A stretch of DNA of 64,000 nt, taken from assembly GCF_023055435.1 (NCBI RefSeq), contig NW_025963890.1:43648001-43712000 (forward strand), read 5' to 3'. The position numbers were made by a program, and so were the translations under genes. This document shows, in pieces, positions 13,401-25,453 of this stretch; position 1 is the stretch's first letter; each line of letters opens with the position of its first letter. The DNA is from Haliotis rufescens (taxonomy: Eukaryota). The notes below the pieces were generated by a model. The model saw only the letters and a program-made list of their open reading frames with translations. It ran no database searches and was not told where the DNA came from.

Positions 13401-16400
13401 GACCAGACAATCCAGTGACTAATATCATAGGCATCGATCCACGCAATTGGGATCGATGACATGCATCAACCAAGTCAGCAAGCCTGAAACCCGATCCCGT
13501 TAGTCGCCTTTTACGACAAGCAGAGTCACCTTTAACGGCAAGCATGGGTTGCTGAAGACCTATTCTATCCCTGAATCTTCACGGTCAATAAGGCATTTAC
13601 GTGTGTATGTACTTCAGTTAAACATCAGTGTAAGTCTTACTTTCCATATTGCTAATCGTCTTGTCGTGTAATGCTGAAACACCCTTTCCTCAATACATTG
13701 GACAGACACATCCCCATACGTCTTGCAGTCCATGCCGCAGCACGGCCAGTACTGGTCACACTTGGCCTAAACATGAAAGGTATATGAATATACATGGATA
13801 AGTAGATGGTGTGGCAATAGGTGACATGAGTCGTTTATGCTACTCTGATATGACTTTTCTTACTTTTAAATAATTAAACTTACAAAGCCTGCCTCGAGAA
13901 GATTTGTCAGCATCACAATCTTGTTTGCATCAAGCTGCCAGATCATTCTCCAAAAATCCAACACCACGTGGCTGGAAGGGCCTATGTGTAAATGTAAATA
14001 GTTAATATATAGCTTTTGTTACATAACACATGTGATATAAACTTCAACATTAAGTGTAATACCATGTTGTAGCTATTTAATGCTCTGACAATGTGCGTTT
14101 GCGTAAAAAAACATTTTTTGGGGGCAAACAACTTTCTATTCATTAATTGAATTCATTTAGTGTATACCAAAGTACGAACCTTGTGTTGCGATGAATTGCG
14201 TTTCTTGTCTGTAACCCTGGATTGACAACAGAGAGGAATACATGGTTGATATGTGTGAGTATAATCAGGTCATTATTTCAATATACTAGTATATGGCGTA
14301 ACAAAGATTTATTTCCAAACCAAATGTAGTGAGTTAGTGAGTGAGTTTGGTTTAAAGCCGTTTTTAACAGTATTTCAGTTATATCACGGCGTGTCAGCTT
14401 AATGTGGGAGGAAAGCCCGAAGTGATGCAGGTCTTAGACGTTTACCACTTCGGTGAAACCCACGAGCACGGGTATGGTGCTGACAAACCTAGAAACATAA
14501 TCGGGGCGAATCGGGATTCGAACCCACAATTATAGGTTTCTGGCGTGCCCAAGGGACGCAACTCTGCACAGCGAATCGCGGCGCCTTAGTCGACTGTGCC
14601 ACCCGTGCATTACATGTATATTTTATTCCATGTAGATTTGGATGTTATATACTTACATCAATGTAGGAAGCGTTGATGTAATCACTTCCGCCTTCGTCCT
14701 CCACCGCCAGGCACACTCGGGTGGTGTCAACTGTAACATCATATAAAACATCTACAGTTCCTTCTGAATCCGTGACGCTAACGGTTTTATTTTGGAAGGT
14801 ATTTCTCTTCTTTAAACACACAGAAAAACAATTTAACGTTTGATGAAACAGAAGACACGTGTAACATCGTAAATAGTACTTGCATGGTAGAATGTCCTTA
14901 TATCTGTTTTTAAAGACATTTTCAGCCAATAGTCCACAGTGACTTGAGTTGGCGTTTGGCTTGGGTAATTTCTGGAGATAGAAAGGTATACACATATAAA
15001 AGAACTTTATATACACATATAGCCTAATTTATGTACTCAATTTGAAGTATCCATTATGATAACACTATGTTCATTGATTGAAAACAATTATATGTACGTA
15101 AGCATAGACGCCTCTTTAGGTAAGTGTAGAATGGTACGTGTGCTGGTACTGACTATAGTGGAATGTGTGCTGGTAACGCCATGATTGGATGTGTGCTGGT
15201 ACTGGGCATGGGTGGATGTGTGCTGGTACTGGCCATGGGTGGATGTGTGCTGGTACTGGCCATGGGTGGGTGTGTGCTGGTACTGGCTATAGTGGGATGT
15301 TTGTTGGTAGCGCCATGACTGGATGTGTGTTGGTGACGCCATGGGTGGATGTGTGCTGGTACTGGCCAGGGGTGGATCTGTGCTGGTAACGCCATGATGG
15401 GGTGTGTGTTAATAATGCCATGATGGGATGTGTGCTGGTACTGACCATGGTAGGATGTGTGCTGGTACTGGCCATGGGTGGATGTGTGCTGGTACTGGCC
15501 ATGGGTGGATGTGTGCTGGTACTGGCCATGGGTGGATGTGTGCTGGTACTGGCTATAGTTGGATGTGTGCTGGTAACGCCATGATGGGATGTGTGCTGGT
15601 ACTGGGCATGGGTGGATGTGTGCTGGTACTGGGCATGGGTGGATGTGTGCTGGTACTGGCCATGGGTGGATGTGTGCTGGTACTGGCTATAGTTGGATGT
15701 GTGCTGGTAACGCCATGATGGGATGTGTGCTGGTACTGGGCATGGGTGGATGTGTGCTGGTACTGGGCATGGGTGGATGTGTGCTGGTACTGGCTATAGT
15801 GGGATGTTTGTTGGTAGCGCCATGACTGGATGTGTGTTGGTACTGGCCAGGGGTGGATGTGTGCTGGTACTGGCCATGGGTGGATGTGTGCTGGTAACGC
15901 CATGATGGGGTGTGTGTTAATAATGCCATTATGGGATGTGTGCTGGTACTGACCATGGGTGGATGTGTGCTGGTACTGGCCATGGGTGGATGTGTGCTGG
16001 TACTGGCCATGGGTGGATGTGTGCTGGTACTGACCATGGGTGGATGTGTGCTGGTACTGGCCATGGGTGGATGTGTGCTGGTACTGGCTATAGTTGGATG
16101 TGTGCTGGTAACGCCATGATGGGATGTGTGCTGGTACTGGGCATGGGTGGATGTGTGCTGGTACTGGGCATGGGTGGATGTGTGCTGGTACTGGCTATAG
16201 TGGGATGTTTGTTGGTAGCGCCATGACTGGATGTGTGTTGGTACTGGCCAGGGGTGGATGTGTGCTGGTACTGGCCATGGGTGGATGTGTGCTGGTAACG
16301 CCATGATGGGGTGTGTGTTAATAATGCCATGATTGGATGTGTGCTGGTACTTGCCATGGGTGGATGTGTGCTGGTACTGACCATGGGTGGATGTGTGCTG

Positions 16401-19400
16401 GTACTGGCCATGGGTGGATGTGTGCTGGTACTGGCCATGGGTGGATGTGTGCTGGTACTGGCCATGGGTGGATGTGTGCTGGTACTGGGCATGGGTGGAT
16501 GTGTGCTGGTACTGGCTATAGTAGGATGTGTGTTGGTAACGCCATGATGGGATGTGTGCTGGTAACGCCATGATGGGATGTGTGCTGGTACTGGGCATGA
16601 AGTGATGTATTAAGTGTTAGACATGTATGGAGGTGAATTACAAAACAACCCATGGAGCAAAATGTATGTTTACAGTTATAACACAGTCGCAACTGTAGAT
16701 GTGAGTGGTTTACCATGAACTCCTCTACCATGTAACTGACTGACTCTTCACCCTGAAGTTCCGGACACATTTGTACTTGAGGAGGACTTCTTGCTGTAAA
16801 TAAAAACGCTACTGAACAATTCCATGTACTAACATTCCCAATTCAATGTACAGTCAAATACAGTGGTTAATACAGGAATATTTGGAAGTATAGCAGATAA
16901 TGACGAAGATACTATATTAGCATGGCGGAACATTATACATTACAAGAGAGAATGGACACAAAGATCAACAGTAGGAGATATACGTGTTGGTCTTAATATC
17001 ACAAAACCAATCTAGAGTATCACTTGCATTTTACTGGATACATGTAACAATTATCCTGAAATCTTACAGATGACATTTTCTATTTTCTATATACAAGTAA
17101 ATAGATCATTATATTTTCTTGATGTTACAAGCTACAATGTACACTTACAGCCACCGGCGTGTTCATATAGAGGGTTATCAGTGTCAGACATGTCACTGTC
17201 GGTGTCCTCATTCTGGGCAGCCATTGGAATGAAAGGAACAATGACCCGGTGGTCATCTTTGTGCCTAAACTTCCGTCTTCGTCTGTAACAATATATTGTA
17301 CACATGAATAATCTCACTTTAGTGAAGCATGATGAAATATTTAAAAGAACCCTCTAACCTGTGTCTTTCAGGATTATTTCTTAAAGTCATAATTGTTATT
17401 ATCAACTCAACTTACTTGATCTACATGCTTACCTTCTCCACACAACAAGTCCAACAAGAAGCAGGATCATGAGCACAGCCAACACCACCAGTATTACACC
17501 TAGAGTTGCTGTACTGGCTGCAACCGTCGACATATTAAATGTACTGATGTAACAACGCTGCATTATGTAATATACTCAATGACGAAAGAAACGCGAATAC
17601 CATTCATGTTGGTTAAAGTTTGAAGTATTATTCACATTCAAGAGATATTAGATTGGTTCGATGCACACACGACCATACTGTTATTTTGTGTGAACCGACG
17701 CGCATGAACGCTTCACATGTGACGTCATATATCCATGACACCATTTGTCTCGTGCAGGATTAGCGTGTACAGTTTGGAAATCACGTGCAGCATATCGTTA
17801 TAAGAATAAAGACACTCTGTGGTAACACTTGACTGAGTGTGAGTTTTGTTATTAAGCGGTACACATTGGAAATATCTATTCTCAACGTACATACGTCTCT
17901 ATGTCTTTCTATGGTTCGCGTTTCTTTTGGCGGTGAGTATACATCAACTCAAAGACGATTAAAGAATACACAGGTGATGATATCTATACATTGTATTGAA
18001 AAATTATCTCACATGTTAAATATGATTCACCATTTGACATGAATGTAATCTATTGAGAACAAAATGTATTGTTTAATAAAGAAATAAATCATTCGGATTG
18101 GAAAACGGAAGGCGTAAATAGGTGGGACTAATTTATACCAGCCTAAAGTAACCAAAACATGTATGGTGTATCAAAGTTCGTGGAACTGCACACACCATAC
18201 TCATTTTCTAATCTGTTTGGAGTTTATCAGTTTTATCAGAAATATAAATGCATGTGGTATTTATCAAGTTCAAAGTTCCAGTAATATAAGGCGAAAACAA
18301 AGGTTACCATTTATACCTCGGTGTTTATTGACCTCCAACTAGCTGATCTCATATCACTGGTATTATCTACTTCTCCGTGTTGCCTGTATCTATTGTTGTC
18401 TATGTTAGTTTAATCACATGTTAGTTCATCCAGAAAATATTGTTTCCAAACATCAAATCAATGTCTCCGCTACAATATTCATTCCATAACCAACTGCACA
18501 CTGCCTCCTGTAAACTGTCTCTGATCCCCTCCAAGAGTTGATTTACCGGGGTTAATTGTTAGGGGGCAGTTTTCTGTGGAGGGGGAAGGTTTATCCGTAA
18601 CCGCTTAGCTAATCTCCACTTAGTTACAAATTCCCCGTGTCTTTATCACATCCATCTCTACAGTTGGAGAAACGGCTGTCTTTACATTACGTACCCCTCT
18701 AAACTTTCCTCACAGCTGTCACCCCCCCTCTGTTATAACGTCCATCTCTACAGTCGCTCTTACAATAAGCATAGGTCGTCGCGGACCTACTCGGAATCCC
18801 ATCGGATAATTGTCTGTAGACTTTTTTTTTCTTTTATGTAGGTTTCTTCACTCAGGATACATACTCCAAAGTTAACATAGAGAAACACACAAAATAGACT
18901 CTAATGTTTGTCTAGTATCACAATTCGCCGCCATATTATCACGCCATCACAACACAACTACTTTCGATATTTGTCTATTTCCTTGCGGAATTGTAAGAAA
19001 TAAAATGTGTACAATTTACCTGTCTCTTTGCAACCGCCGTCTTGGTCACATCCTTCGCTACAGGTGGTAGGACAGGAGATATTACAGTACTTCCCACTGT
19101 TCCCTGGATTACAACTCTCACACTTTCCGATCTCTTTATCACATCCATCGCTACAGTTGAAGGGACAGGTGTCATTACAGTTCTTCCCTCTGTAGCCCGA
19201 CACGCAGCTGTCACACTCCCCCGTGTCCTTATCACATCCATCTCTACAGTTGGGGGGACAGGTAACATCACACTTGTACCCTGTGTAACCTGGCTCACAG
19301 CTGCCACACTCCCCCGCGTCTTTGTCACATCCATCTCTACAGTTGGGGGTACAGGTAACATTACACTTGTCCCCTGTGTAACCTGGCTCACAGCTGCCAC

Positions 19401-20814
19401 ACTCCCCCGTGTCTTTGTCACATCCATCTCTACAGTTTGGGGGACAGGTAACATTACACTTGTCCCCTGTGTAACCTGGCTCACAGCTGTCACACTCCCC
19501 CGTGATCCTATTACATCCATCTGTACAGTTGGAGGAACAAGGTGTTCTACAGCGTGGACCGTAATACCGGGGATTCTGACATGGTCCTGTACAGCCATCA
19601 CCATAACGTTCACACTGTGTACAGGCTGTAGGACAGTTCACTCCACAATTATCTCCCTTCTTGCCGGCCACACATCCCTCTGTACACACAACACGGGTGT
19701 TGTCCATCTGACAGCGAGAGTTGAGACAGGTGTCTGGACAGTCATGTTCACACTGTTTACCATAGAACCTGGAGTCCCGACACTGGAGACACTCTCCAGA
19801 TGACGTCACATTGACACAGCGAGGTGGACACACACCGTCAACACAGGTCACGTTGTAACCGTCACAGTTACTACAAGGAGTACTGGCAGCAAGTGCTGTT
19901 AAAAGTAGAAAACAAACAATTTAAGAGGATAAGACAAATAATATTTATGAAAGGAACACATTGATTTTGTGCATTTTTCGAGTTTCATAGTTTCTATGAA
20001 TTACATTTAATAATAAGAGTGCCACGTGTGTTTTATATGTCTTTTTTCTAACCGGAAGATTTTTATGGAGATGTTAATCGAAAAGGACTCAAGGAATCGG
20101 TGCGTACACTACATGAGTCCAACTCCAAAATGTAATTGGAGATGACCGTAAATATCGTGATGACTCACTGAAAACAGCACATACCATCATGAATATAACA
20201 GGGTATCTTACAATACTCTTGAGTATTGGGTCATAGCTACAATATTGGGTCAAATATCTTACAAGCCACCTGAGGGTGCCGATTCATCAGAATTTCTTCC
20301 AATTAATAGATACTTTCTTAGTGTTTCCGTAGATGTATGTTGAAGATGGCACGCACACACAGGCACACACAGAGACAGACACACACATATACATACACAC
20401 AGAGACACAAACACACACAGAGACAGACACACACACTCACACACACAATCATACATACAGACACACAACACATACAGCAACATCCAGACACACACACATA
20501 CACAGACACACACTCACATACAGACACATACAGACATATACAGAGACACAAACTCACACACACATATGCATACATACACAGACACACACACAGGGGCACA
20601 GACGCAGACACACACAGACACGCAGACACACACATTGACACACACAGACATACAGATACACACAGACAGACAGGCTGACACACAGACACATACATATATA
20701 TATATACATATATATATCTATATACGCGCGTGTGTGTGTGCGTGTGCGTGTGTATGTCAGCTTACCATTTAACACAAAACATGAGCAAAAGAGAAGTTGC
20801 TTCATCCAATCCAT
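10412..20814 (-). CDS. Receptor-type protein tyrosine phosphatase-like gene with an EGF-repeat (SREC/MEGF10-like) ectodomain and a single PTP domain, 14 predicted coding exons, about 695 aa
   Basis: Hand-spliced exons with consistent phases: 20766-20814, 19020-19895, 17433-17517, 17149-17282, 16714-16793, 14884-14971, 14657-14730, 14180-14216, 13884-13981, 13641-13766, 13051-13202, 12158-12293, 11058-11185, 10412-10436 (last uncertain). Classical PTP motifs occur in order: KNRYKDILP, DYINAS, FIATQGP, DFWRMIW, IVMLT, KCDQYWP, WPA, HCSAGVGRTG, QY. Confidence 0.9.
10738..11008 (+). mobile_element. SINE family C
   Basis: Matches 5069-5350 and 14327-14604. Confidence 0.88.
11058..11185 (-). CDS. 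PTP C-terminal exon (DQYVLLYSAL...)
   Basis: QY..Y.AL helix that ends PTP domains. The 3' boundary is uncertain: GTACGT donor at 11057, or read-through to the stop at 10988. Confidence 0.75.
11747..12106 (-). mobile_element. SINE family A
   Basis: Full length; TSD AAGAATCACGA. Confidence 0.92.
12158..12293 (-). CDS. PTP exon with the P-loop remainder (SAGVGRTGTF) and Q-loop (RMNMVHTE)
   Basis: Completes HCSAGVGRTG across the intron; GTAAC donor. Confidence 0.92.
12663..12851 (+). mobile_element. SINE family C, 5'-truncated
   Basis: Matches from the B-box GTTCGAATCCC to the (ACTC)n tail. Confidence 0.85.
13051..13202 (-). CDS. PTP exon with the WPD-loop equivalent (YTSWPAYGVP) and VVHC
   Basis: HLHYTSWPAYGVP...TTVVHC; AAG acceptor, donor at phase 2. 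Confidence 0.9.
13306..13587 (-). mobile_element. SINE-like family D with (AAAC)n tail
   Basis: TSD AATAAGGCAT; conserved core GTCGTAA(A/G)AGGCGACTAACGGGATCGGG. Confidence 0.88.
13641..13766 (-). CDS. PTP exon (AKCDQYWP...RRLAIWK)
   Basis: KCxQYWP motif, 126 nt, phase 0-0. Confidence 0.92.
13884..13981 (-). CDS. PTP exon (GPSSHVVLDFWRMIWQLDANKIVMLTNLLEAGF)
   Basis: DFWRMIW and IVMLT motifs; canonical splice sites. Confidence 0.92.
14180..14216 (-). CDS. PTP exon (GYRQETQFIATQG)
   Basis: 37-nt exon carrying the IATQG motif, phases 0 to 1. Confidence 0.88.
14327..14604 (-). mobile_element. SINE family C
   Basis: Full-length reverse-complement copy. Confidence 0.88.
14657..14730 (-). CDS. 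PTP exon (FDTTRVCL...SDYINASYID)
   Basis: PTP motifs 2-3; CAG acceptor, GTAAGT donor. Confidence 0.9.
14884..14971 (-). CDS. PTP exon with KNRY motif
   Basis: KLPKPNANSSHCGLLAENVFKNRYKDILP; ends at a GC donor (GCAAGT). Confidence 0.88.
15135..16598. repeat. Related 26/27-bp minisatellite array (CATGGGTGGATGTGTGCTGGTACTGGC) in a PTP-gene intron
   Basis: Direct inspection; same family as the 6-10 kb array. Confidence 0.96.
16714..16793 (-). CDS. PTP-like gene exon: pre-PTP wedge region (..MVEEFM)
   Basis: TTTACAG acceptor, GTAAAC donor, phases 1 to 0. An EEF motif typically precedes PTP domains. Confidence 0.8.
17149..17282 (-). CDS. PTP-like gene exon: basic stop-transfer and juxtamembrane region with NPLY
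   Basis: RRRRKFRHKDD...DTDNPLYEHAGG; canonical splice sites, phases 2 to 1. Confidence 0.85.
17433..17517 (-). CDS. PTP-like gene exon: transmembrane helix
   Basis: ASTATLGVILVVLAVLMILLLVGLVVWRR between a TTGCAG acceptor and a GTAAGC donor. Confidence 0.9.
18625..18755 (-). pseudogene. Decayed intronic copies of the 93-bp EGF repeat
   Basis: CCCCGTGTCTTTATCACATCCATCTCTACAGTTGG and CTCACAGCTGTCAC match the exon repeat (compare 19218-19300), but the rest is degraded. Confidence 0.7.
19020..19895 (-). CDS. PTP-like gene exon: cysteine-rich EGF-like ectodomain (876 nt)
   Basis: CAG acceptor, GTAAAT donor, phase 1-1. Encodes repeated CPPNCRDGCDKDTGECGSCEPGYTGDKC units with a 93-bp period. Confidence 0.92.
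20352..20756. repeat. Compound (CA)/(CAGA)/(TA)/(TG) microsatellite
   Basis: Direct inspection. Confidence 0.93.
20766..20814 (-). CDS. PTP-like gene exon: start codon and signal peptide (MDWMKQLLFCSCFVLN)
   Basis: ATG, hydrophobic stretch and phase-1 GTAAG donor; joins to ALAASTPC in the next exon. An upstream acceptor (TTTTTTATTTAAG) at about 20887 implies further 5'UTR exons. Confidence 0.75.
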
Positions 20815-23687
20815 GACTTGTCTTTGTGTGTCTGGATCTATTTTGCCGTGTCCAGACTGAGTGTGGTGGTCATTTCACAGAGATTCCTTAAATAAAAAAC
20901 ACCAAAGACCATATGTTTTCAGCATCACCAACCATGTGGGTTATACATGACGTTCACATTATAAAGTTATGACACATTCAGGAAATCCGAAGTGTATTAC
21001 AGGGACGTTTCAGTGAATGCACATATATGCAAATCAGCTGAATAAAATATATTAAAAGAGGATACGATACATGCATACAAATTAAACGCACATAAGAAGG
21101 TCATAGAAACAAACACATTAAACAATCATTGAAACCTCAACTGGTTACGTTTGCAATCACAAACTAAGCATATTATATGCACAAATATGATCAATTCGTT
21201 ATCAAGTGTATGATGGGTTTGTTATTTGATCAAGGTTACAACGTTCAAGGCCTGAGCAAAGGTTTTATGGTAGACATATGGAGAACATTTCACAACTTGA
21301 TGTATCCATGACGATGTCCCAAGCCAGTCCCTATTTTGACTTGTACCTTATGTTCCCGTGTTGTTTCAGGCGAACAGTTGACTTGCCTTTGCATGTGTGT
21401 GTGATTCACGAAAACCTGGTATCATAACTATTTGTTAGTGATTCATAAACACATGCCTATGATATATTCGGAATAGCACAATGGATAATGTTTTAAAATA
21501 GATTTCTTTTGATACTGGAAATGATGTCGCTTTTCCTCAAATGGTTACGGAATACATATTACAGTTTTTTTTAATAGGTTGACAAATTCAATATACGTAA
21601 CAGTTGTCACAGTTGCCATATCACAGCGTCAATGTCGTACAATAATTACACCACATTGCACCTTCAACATAACCTGATTAATGCCGGGAAGTGAGTCGAG
21701 CAGATACCAGTGAGTCATTCGTTTGTAATTTCCTGTTGCTATCAGGTCAACTGACAGAGTGGCGTGCACTCTTTAGTGTATTTTACTAAAAAAAAAAACT
21801 GCTTCAGGGATACATGCCAATATAATGTTATAGAAACCACAATGGCTTATCTAAATGAAAATGACACATGTATCACACGTCAATACCTATATGTGAAACT
21901 GTCCTCATATCTGCAATTCAAAGTTGCTTCAAACTTATAGCGAACGAGGGATTGAATGTGTTTTACCGCCACAGCCAGCAATATTTCATCTTTATCACAT
22001 CAGCCTGTCACAATTCGATTGGGAGAGACGTTCCCCGCCGTCGGGTTCGATAACACGGCACTGAGCCTGAACACCTGATCCATGTCAGTTGCTTCTCATA
22101 CGAGCACAGGTTACGAGGGGTCAGTTCGATCACGGAATCCCTGGGGTGACCTAATAATAACCTATTAACGAAATATATATTTTACCACATAATATTATAT
22201 GATGTGGATGGGTGTCCATGTAGTGCTTAAGAGATGGTAACTTCAGCACCCAGAATCCCTCATCGAGAACTGCTTCATACCATTTTGAAGACTTAAGCAT
22301 AACATTGCTTAACATACGGAGTATGATCCTATACATGTTGGGCTGACATGTTCATGTTATTTTGAACTCATGTTTTTTCATGAACCAATGCAAACATTTG
22401 ATAAACGGTGATCTGTGCATATGATTTGTAACTACGTGTCAAAAAGGCTTTATATCCAAATCGTGATGTTGTTCGACGTTTATTGTTTATTAATGATTTA
22501 TAGACAAAATAAATCCATGTTAAAGCTGATGTTTCGGTTTCAGAATATCTGATTTGTCCTTTAAAACCAAGCATACGTGATGTTTGTCCTCTACTCAAAC
22601 CCGATGCTATTTACTTTCATTCTGGTATTTACTATAATGGTCAATATACATACATAAATGAAAGCTACCGGACAGGAAACTAATGTTTTGGGTCTACCTC
22701 CCACATTCATTAAAAAAATCAGTGTCGTAAAGAAACTGCCTTGTAACCTATTGTGAATGCAGTCGGGTATTGTAGAGTAAGGACGTTAGACCATGAATAC
22801 TGAAATTGTAAACAAAATATCTAGCATTTGAAAGTGCTCTTTTATTTTACTTTTATATAAATGAGAGCGTGATCAATGAAGCAACGATCTATAACAGAGA
22901 AAGGTACCTAGAACCATGTTCGTCGGAGCCTCTTGCATATAATTATTCTTTGGTGATATAAGATTATTTTATTGTTATCGCTAATAGCTACTGGTCATAT
23001 TCACTGGAGTAATGAAATCGATCAAAATAAGAAAATCAATAAAAAATTAATCAAAGGTTGACTATTGCAACATAGTGTATTGATCGTTACCAGCATGTGT
23101 GTGTTCTCAATGTGCCTGGAAATCAGTCTGTCCAGTCGTCTTAAAACAAGACCTTTACTTGCATCCAGAGAGATGTTGGAAATGATGGAGAAGGCTGGGA
23201 CTATTGATTGTCCATAGATTGGACATTTTAAGCCTGAGTACATAACATTCATTTTCAGGTCAGGTACTTCCATGTTTTGTCTTTGCATTGATGCGGAATA
23301 GACTACGAGATACACATGTACGAGTCTTTAGCCAGCCCAGGAACACTGTGAAGACATATATTGGTGTACCCCTAAGCCCCGCCACCATCCAAACCAAGGG
23401 TAATGTCATTGATCTGGTAGGGGGACACAGTCATGGTGCCAATGCCCTCTCAGTGTGCCTACACTAGTACCTTCTCTTTATTTGACTATACGCAGAATGG
23501 GTTGTGGACTCATTGAGCCTGAACCCCTACATGTACTTTATCTTTATACATAAAGTAGTGGAGGCCATAGGCCCATTCTACAGTTACGTCATTGCTTGAG
23601 AGAGTAAACGCATATACACATCGGTACAGTGATAGACATTGTTCATCCAAATTATTGACTTACTTCCATTGACTTATACACAAACTA

Positions 23688-23848
23688 GGGCGGTCGGGTA
23701 GCCTAGTGGTTAAAGCGTTCGCTCGTCACGCCGAAGACCCGGGTTCGATTCCCGACATGGGTACATTGTGTGAAGCTCATTTCTGGTGTCCCCCGCCGTG
23801 ATATTGCTGGAATATTGCTAAAAGCGGCGTAAAATCATACTCACTCAT
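23688..23848 (+). mobile_element. Short tRNA-Asp-like SINE family B
   Basis: GGGTAGCCTAGTGGTTAAAGCGTTCGCTCGTCACGCCGAAGACCCGGGTTCGATTCCC head and (ACTC)n tail. Confidence 0.9.
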
Positions 23849-24344
23849 CCAATTTATTATATACAAACGTTGCAAAATGCTTAACAGTTTCTGGATTTCT
23901 GAAGACATTAGTAAGTTAAATTTATGTAATGTTGGATATATTTTGCGGGTATATATACTATCTCACGAGATTGTCAAAAGCATAATACACACGTACAAAA
24001 CGGTATTCATCCTCTATGCATTTTTGTTTGCATACATGACATATTCTATCTGATTTTACTTCTTTAACATATCTACCCCTTCAAGTATATATACAGAAAA
24101 CGGGACATCGTGACATTGGAAAATAAAAAAACCATTAAAATGTTAAACATTAAACAGAACACAGTGCATTTGTTTGCAGTTATCTGATACCTGACTAAAT
24201 CTCCAAAATAGTTGATGATATCCACACGAAGATTTATCACAAAAGGTGACAATAATATTTCCAATCGACAGTGACACTCATGACGAACGTTTACCGGAAG
24301 TGAACCATTGGAAGGGCCTGTGTCAAAATAACATGGAGCTACAT

Positions 24345-24578
24345 GCCTGGCGCTCAATAAGGGGATGAAACAAGGACTGATCTGCCGTGTCAGTATACTG
24401 TGTCTGAGTGGGGTTTCCAAGTTAAACTGCGGCATTAGAGTGAACTATATCTAGGACTTAAAACCTGCATACGTCCGGACTGGTACAAGAAGCCATATTC
24501 ATATACACACACTGCATGCACATTGATATATCCTTGCAATAATCTTGAACGCGACTTTAAACGTCATTTCTCCTCACC
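24345..24578 (+). mobile_element. SINE family A, 5'-truncated and degenerate
   Basis: AAACAAGGACTG...GTCAGTATACTGTGTCTGAGTGGGGT body match. Confidence 0.75.
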
Positions 24579-24731
24579 ACTGTGAAATAAGTTTGTGTTT
24601 CCTGAGCTACACGGCACACTGTGTTTCATGATGAAACAGAAGCTATAGAAGTACGTACAAAGAAAAGGTCACATTTAGATGAAGGTGTTGGTTGTACGTG
24701 CCAGTTTTGATTATAAACAAACTGAATCAGG

Positions 24732-24985
24732 TTTGTTGTTTAACGCCGTACTCAGCAATATTCCAGTCAATGACGGTGGTCTGTAAATTATCGAGTCTGG
24801 ACCAGACAATCAAGTGAGTGACATCATGAACATCGACCTACGCAAGTGAGATATGATGACATGCATCAATCAAGTCAGCGAGCCTGATCACCCGATCCCG
24901 TTAGTCGCCGTTTACGACAAGCATAGTCGCCTTTTACGGCAAGCATGGGTTGCTGAAGACCTATGTTAACCCGGATCTTCAAGGT
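24732..24985 (-). mobile_element. SINE-like family D
   Basis: Matches 13306-13587. Confidence 0.88.
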
Positions 24986-25047
24986 TCGAAGGAAATTACA
25001 GGACAGGCGCAATGATGAATGTAACGATCTATGTCACAAAACATTAC

Positions 25048-25146
25048 CTTTCAGTGACTGCCTCTTGAAATATTACTGAATGCTCTTGGTAGGCTGTGCA
25101 GCCATGCAGTATCTGTGTCCTGGTGTGCATGTGTGCTATCGGGTCC
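25048..25146 (-). other. Candidate 5'UTR exon of the PTP-like gene
   Basis: GC-richer block between a TTTATTCAG acceptor and an AG|GTAATG donor; no coding evidence. Confidence 0.3.
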
Positions 25147-25453
25147 CTGAATAAACGCAATCACAAAAACAAGATTCGTTAGATTACAATACTGAAACTG
25201 TTATTCTTCCGTGTTTGCTGGTATAAACAGGCCACAACAAGTTGATGACTTGTTCTCCGGAGTCTCCTCGTCGCCTATCTAAAATACCCCTTATTTCCTC
25301 AGATGATAATTTTTACCTTAATTGTATGTAAGCTTTTGTGTGCTTGCTGGTAGAAAGGGTAAGTGTTTCATAACATCTTCCCTTACCCGTAAATATGTTT
25401 TGTGACATAGATCGTAACATTCATCATTACACCTGTCTTGTAATTTCCTTCGA

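Noticed and set aside
5980-16598. CRISPR-like regular repeats
   Set aside because: Head-to-tail units with no unique spacers, eukaryotic context and no cas genes.
18317-18400. Possible extra exon between the EGF and TM exons
   Set aside because: The candidate acceptors give either an in-frame stop or a phase incompatible with the flanking phase-1 junctions.
20259-20772. Cys/Val- and His/Thr-rich ORFs (also 40116-40375 and 34752-35408)
   Set aside because: Translations of microsatellite or low-complexity DNA.
23688-23760. tRNA-Asp(GTC)-like gene
   Set aside because: It continues into a conserved non-tRNA body and tail; there are five dispersed copies, several with TSDs, so it is a SINE head.
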